Below are positions 24,476 through 27,555 of a stretch of 27,555 nucleotides of DNA, piece by piece (the stretch's first letter is position 1; each line of letters begins with the position of its first letter). The stretch comes from a virus (lineage: Duplodnaviria > Caudoviricetes), in IMG/VR virus record IMGVR_UViG_3300044724_000190, positions 1 to 27,555 of that record; one strand, written 5' to 3'. A model generated the notes under the pieces. The model did no database searches. It had not been told where the DNA came from and was given only the letters and a program-made list of their open reading frames with translations. A program made the position numbers and the translations under genes.

Positions 24476-26042
24476 ACCTCACAATCCTGTCGTACTTACC
24501 GTCTGGCTTTACCTGTATGCGTGTGGGTGTGTGCCAAAACTGGCACTCTTCCATCGCGTCGTCTGTTGTGTTGGCTGTCGCGCCAAGCTGCACCTTGCGC
24601 TGCATGTACTTCGTCGTGGCGTACCCACCATGCTCTGGACACAGCCACTCTGACACCGTCTTGAAAAACCCATAGCTGTAATCCACGCGGATGCTGTCAG
24701 GCTTGCCAGCTTTGCGCCAGCGGCGATAGGTGACATCCGTAACTTTAAACCACTCTGGCATCTGCGCCTGTGTCGAGATCATCGCGCCATCGTAACTTTC
24801 ACTTGAGTGGTTCAGTGTGGGTGGTGGGAACTCATGCCCACAGGATGGACACAGCGACACAGCAATCGACAGATACGTCTGGCAGCTTGGGCATTGCTTC
24901 ACTGGTGCTTCATCGTCACCACCCCCACCGCTCTTCGATGGCTTAACCTGATCGATAAATCCGTGGCGCTCGACGTTCTGGCCATAGTCCAAAACCAGAC
25001 AGTTTTCCTTTCCTTCGAACAGACGTGTCCCACGGCCAATGATCTGGACGTAGAGGCCAGTGGATGCTGTCGCCCTAACCAAACCAATCAGATCCACGTT
25101 AGGCGCGTCAAACCCTGTCGTCAGCACGTTCACGTTAATCAGGCAACGTGTGTCACCGTTCTTAAATCTTTCGATCTTTGCTGCGCGATCCTTCTGATTG
25201 TCTTCACCAGTCAACACTTCAGAATAAATCATGTGGTCGAAAAACTCATGCTCCAACATATACGCATGGTCAACGCCACTGGCAAAGATCAACCAGCTTT
25301 TGCGGTCGGCTCCAAGCTCAACAATTTCTTCAACAGTCTTACGCACCAGTTCAGGATCAGATGCAGCAACAGCCAAATCGCTCTCGACAAACTCACCACC
25401 TCGCTTCTTCACGTTGGTCAGGTCGATCTGCTGCAAGCCACCCTTACTGATGACAGGCGACAGATACCCCTGTTCCATCAGCATCGTAACAGGAATGTCG
25501 TAGGCAATGCCATCAAAGATCGCACCCTTCCCCTTGTGCAGATACCCTGACCCCAGTCGATAGGGTGTAGCTGTCAGGCCAACGATCTTTACGTCTGGGT
25601 TGCACTGCTTCAGGTCATCGATAAACCGACCATAGCGTGTGGTCGTGCTAGGTGGCAGCATGTGCGCCTCGTCGATGATCACCAAGTCTGGCGCTGGAAC
25701 CATGTTGTAAGCTTGTCTGTAGATGCTCTGAATGCCAGCAAATGTAATTGGCTTGGTCAGATCCTTTTGTTTTAAAGATGCACTGAAGAAGCCAACTTCA
25801 GCTTCTGGGTACAGCTTCTGTAAACCTGACGCCCCTTGCTCCAGTAGCTCCTTAACATGCGTTAGAACCAGCACCCTAGTGTTGGGAAAGCTCATGGCAT
25901 CCTTTATCATCTGCGCAATGATGGCTGTCTTGCCAGCCCCAGTGGGCGCGACGATCAGTGGGTTGTCACCCATTTTGTTTGCCCAGTAGCTGTACAATCC
26001 ATCGATTGCATCTTTCTGGTAGTCTCTCAGTTCAAAGGTCAT
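24402..26042 (-). CDS. SF2 DEAH-box helicase, RadD/YejH-like, with zinc finger
   Basis: LRDYQ, APTGAGKT, IIDEAH, GLTATPYR, LTTGFDAP, QIIGRGTR, CPSC..CPSCGHEF. Confidence 0.93.
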   Translation of the reverse strand: MTFELRDYQKDAIDGLYSYWANKMGDNPLIVAPTGAGKTAIIAQMIKDAMSFPNTRVLVLTHVKELLEQGASGLQKLYPEAEVGFFSASLKQKDLTKPITFAGIQSIYRQAYNMVPAPDLVIIDEAHMLPPSTTTRYGRFIDDLKQCNPDVKIVGLTATPYRLGSGYLHKGKGAIFDGIAYDIPVTMLMEQGYLSPVISKGGLQQIDLTNVKKRGGEFVESDLAVAASDPELVRKTVEEIVELGADRKSWLIFASGVDHAYMLEHEFFDHMIYSEVLTGEDNQKDRAAKIERFKNGDTRCLINVNVLTTGFDAPNVDLIGLVRATASTGLYVQIIGRGTRLFEGKENCLVLDYGQNVERHGFIDQVKPSKSGGGGDDEAPVKQCPSCQTYLSIAVSLCPSCGHEFPPPTLNHSSESYDGAMISTQAQMPEWFKVTDVTYRRWRKAGKPDSIRVDYSYGFFKTVSEWLCPEHGGYATTKYMQRKVQLGATANTTDDAMEECQFWHTPTRIQVKPDGKYDRIVRYDYEEPEEEEDNVIDLLDYKNATI

Positions 26043-26473
26043 GCTTCACCTACAATTTTAAATTCAGAAATTGGTATGTGGGCAACAGGCTCTATGTCTT
26101 GCCAATCACCTCTGTCTTTTCGGCCACCAATTTTTACAGGCCACTCATTATTAGACAGATCGACCCATCCCATTTCATCTGTCCATTGCACCAAAAGTAT
26201 GCACTTAATTCCAATGTCGTTGTATGCTTTCGCGACAACAACTTTAGACATTGAAATGATATATGTGGAGTAAGCAGTTTTCTTATTGGTTCTGCATTTG
26301 ACCTCTACAAAAGTGCAAACTGTTTCATCGTCAATTAAGCAAAAATCCATCTTGTATTGTATGGGTAGCTTTGCAAATTCTACAGCTTCCCCAAAGCTTG
26401 CAATGAACTTCTGTATTGCCAGTGCCTCTTTGCTCAGATCCTCAGAGGTTTCGTATGTCGGTCTGAAGGTCAT
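26039..26473 (-). CDS. PD-(D/E)xK-family nuclease-like protein
   Basis: E...YKMDF...FVEVKCR motif; C-terminal GGR.DRGDWQDIEP. Confidence 0.7.
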   Translation of the reverse strand: MTFRPTYETSEDLSKEALAIQKFIASFGEAVEFAKLPIQYKMDFCLIDDETVCTFVEVKCRTNKKTAYSTYIISMSKVVVAKAYNDIGIKCILLVQWTDEMGWVDLSNNEWPVKIGGRKDRGDWQDIEPVAHIPISEFKIVGEA

Positions 26474-26739
26474 TTTGATTTATGCTCCTTCATTATCTTT
26501 TGCAGAAATTCTTCAGTCTGCATTGCTGCCTCAAACTCTGGGCCAAAAGACTGATGCAAAAAATACTCTGCAATATTCGCAGTGGTCAGCCGACTAATCG
26601 ACCCCCACTCTTCAAGTAGGTCGCGTGACCCAACGACGTTGAATATGATCCAAGCAGCTTCAGCTTTGGTTATTTTATCAGGCAGTCTGTCGATAAACTG
26701 TTCCAAGGCATCTCGAAGTAACTCTTCACGCATCCCCAT
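26470..26739 (-). CDS. Hypothetical protein
   Basis: 89-aa ORF, GAGG SD, ATGA-coupled to the downstream gene. Confidence 0.7.
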   Translation of the reverse strand: MGMREELLRDALEQFIDRLPDKITKAEAAWIIFNVVGSRDLLEEWGSISRLTTANIAEYFLHQSFGPEFEAAMQTEEFLQKIMKEHKSK

Positions 26740-27555
26740 CTTGCATCCTCATCTTAAAAATTTCGTGGCTGTTTCCATTGTTGCGGAAAATCTCACCACT
26801 ATCCAAGTCCGTATATTCAACCCAGTCATCCGCTGCGTCGGTCATCTCAATGTCTTTGGGCATCATCATTGGGATGTACAGATGCTCTTCGCACGGCTCC
26901 ATCTTGTGGCCCCTCGCGCAGCTCCACGTTCCATCTTGCTCTGGCGTTGAATGGCAGCACGTCCGACAGTTGACCTCTGGGATCTTGCACCCCTGACACA
27001 CAGCGAAGTATGGGCAAAACTTACAGCGCCAGTCACTTGCATCTTCAGTCAGTCTGCTTGGCGGCTGCTGCGCAAACACAATCCGCTCCGCGCGATCAAT
27101 TAAAGCTTCAGCCTCTTTCTTGTTCAGCTTGATCCGCTCACCATACATTTCGTCCGTGTTCTTATTCACAGCAAAGAAGTAGCAGCGGTCCAATCCAGAC
27201 AGCAGCATACCAACCTGACACTGCGCCCAGTAGATCGGCTTGGTCTTCTCGACCCCCATGTTCTTGGTGGCCTTGAAGTTTTTGTCGTTCATGGTTTTGA
27301 ACTCAAGCGTATGCGGCTTGCTGCTCTCCTTGAACCCTTCACCAACACCATCAAGCGACAATGCAAAGTGACCACCGCAAGCCTCGAACTTAACCTGTTT
27401 GCCTGTCTCTGGATCTCGCTCCCAGACAGTCACACCCACCGCGCGTAGGTTGGAGACAATGCGATCTTCCTCGCGGTCACCAGTCTCGAACAGGCGAAGC
27501 AAGCGGCCATCAAAGTTGGGCGACCATGCGTGGCGAAACTGATACCACAATGCAC
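26726..27555 (-). CDS. Cas4-like PD-(D/E)xK exonuclease, 5'-truncated by the window edge
   Basis: LWY.FR, RLFETG..EE, SLDG, LEFKT, Y.AQ.Q..M, CKFCPY..VC and CRTC; the frame stays open to the window end. Confidence 0.85.
   Translation of the reverse strand, partial: ALWYQFRHAWSPNFDGRLLRLFETGDREEDRIVSNLRAVGVTVWERDPETGKQVKFEACGGHFALSLDGVGEGFKESSKPHTLEFKTMNDKNFKATKNMGVEKTKPIYWAQCQVGMLLSGLDRCYFFAVNKNTDEMYGERIKLNKKEAEALIDRAERIVFAQQPPSRLTEDASDWRCKFCPYFAVCQGCKIPEVNCRTCCHSTPEQDGTWSCARGHKMEPCEEHLYIPMMMPKDIEMTDAADDWVEYTDLDSGEIFRNNGNSHEIFKMRMQDGDA

Larger units (their letters stand above)
1..27555. mobile_element. Tailed-phage genome fragment (podovirus-type virion module plus early/replication module)
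   Basis: Dense TAATG/ATGA-coupled ORFs; tail fibre, holin, GH19 lysin, ejection proteins, helicase and nucleases; no cellular housekeeping genes; two convergent gene arms meeting at 20570-20573. Confidence 0.97.

Noticed and set aside
24807-25550. 247-aa plus-strand ORF
   Set aside because: Antisense shadow of the helicase with no recognisable features.
26726-27555. Cas4-like gene as evidence of CRISPR-Cas
   Set aside because: Stand-alone Cas4-like exonucleases are common in phage replication modules; no other cas genes or array are present.

Overview
This is a 27.6 kb fragment of a tailed-phage genome, most likely a marine podovirus-type phage of an alphaproteobacterium (host and lineage are inference). 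Bases 1-20573 (+) are a tightly coupled late operon: small virion proteins, two adaptor/tail-tubular-A-like proteins, a 1011-aa modular tail fibre with chaperone, a cluster of small membrane proteins, a holin and a GH19 endolysin, a tail hub/nozzle, a GNAT acetyltransferase and P22 gp20/gp16-like ejection proteins. Bases 20570-27555 (-) are early and replication genes: a Cas4-like exonuclease (5'-truncated), a PD-(D/E)xK nuclease, a RadD/YejH-like SF2 helicase, a VRR-NUC nuclease, a Mom-like DNA-modification enzyme and a cassette of small early genes behind two near-identical promoter/leader repeats. The most notable signals concern anti-defence and host takeover. (1) Strong restriction-site avoidance: by manual scan CCWGG is absent and CCGG survives almost only where Pro-Gly forces it. 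(2) The Mom-like enzyme. (3) The promoter-repeat cassette, which holds an acidic DNA-mimic candidate, an SSB-tail-like peptide and a C39-like Cys/His peptidase, followed by an apparently catalytically dead PD-(D/E)xK nuclease. No tRNA, rRNA, CRISPR array, integrase or reverse transcriptase was seen. All motif counts are by eye and all family calls come from motif recognition, not database searches.
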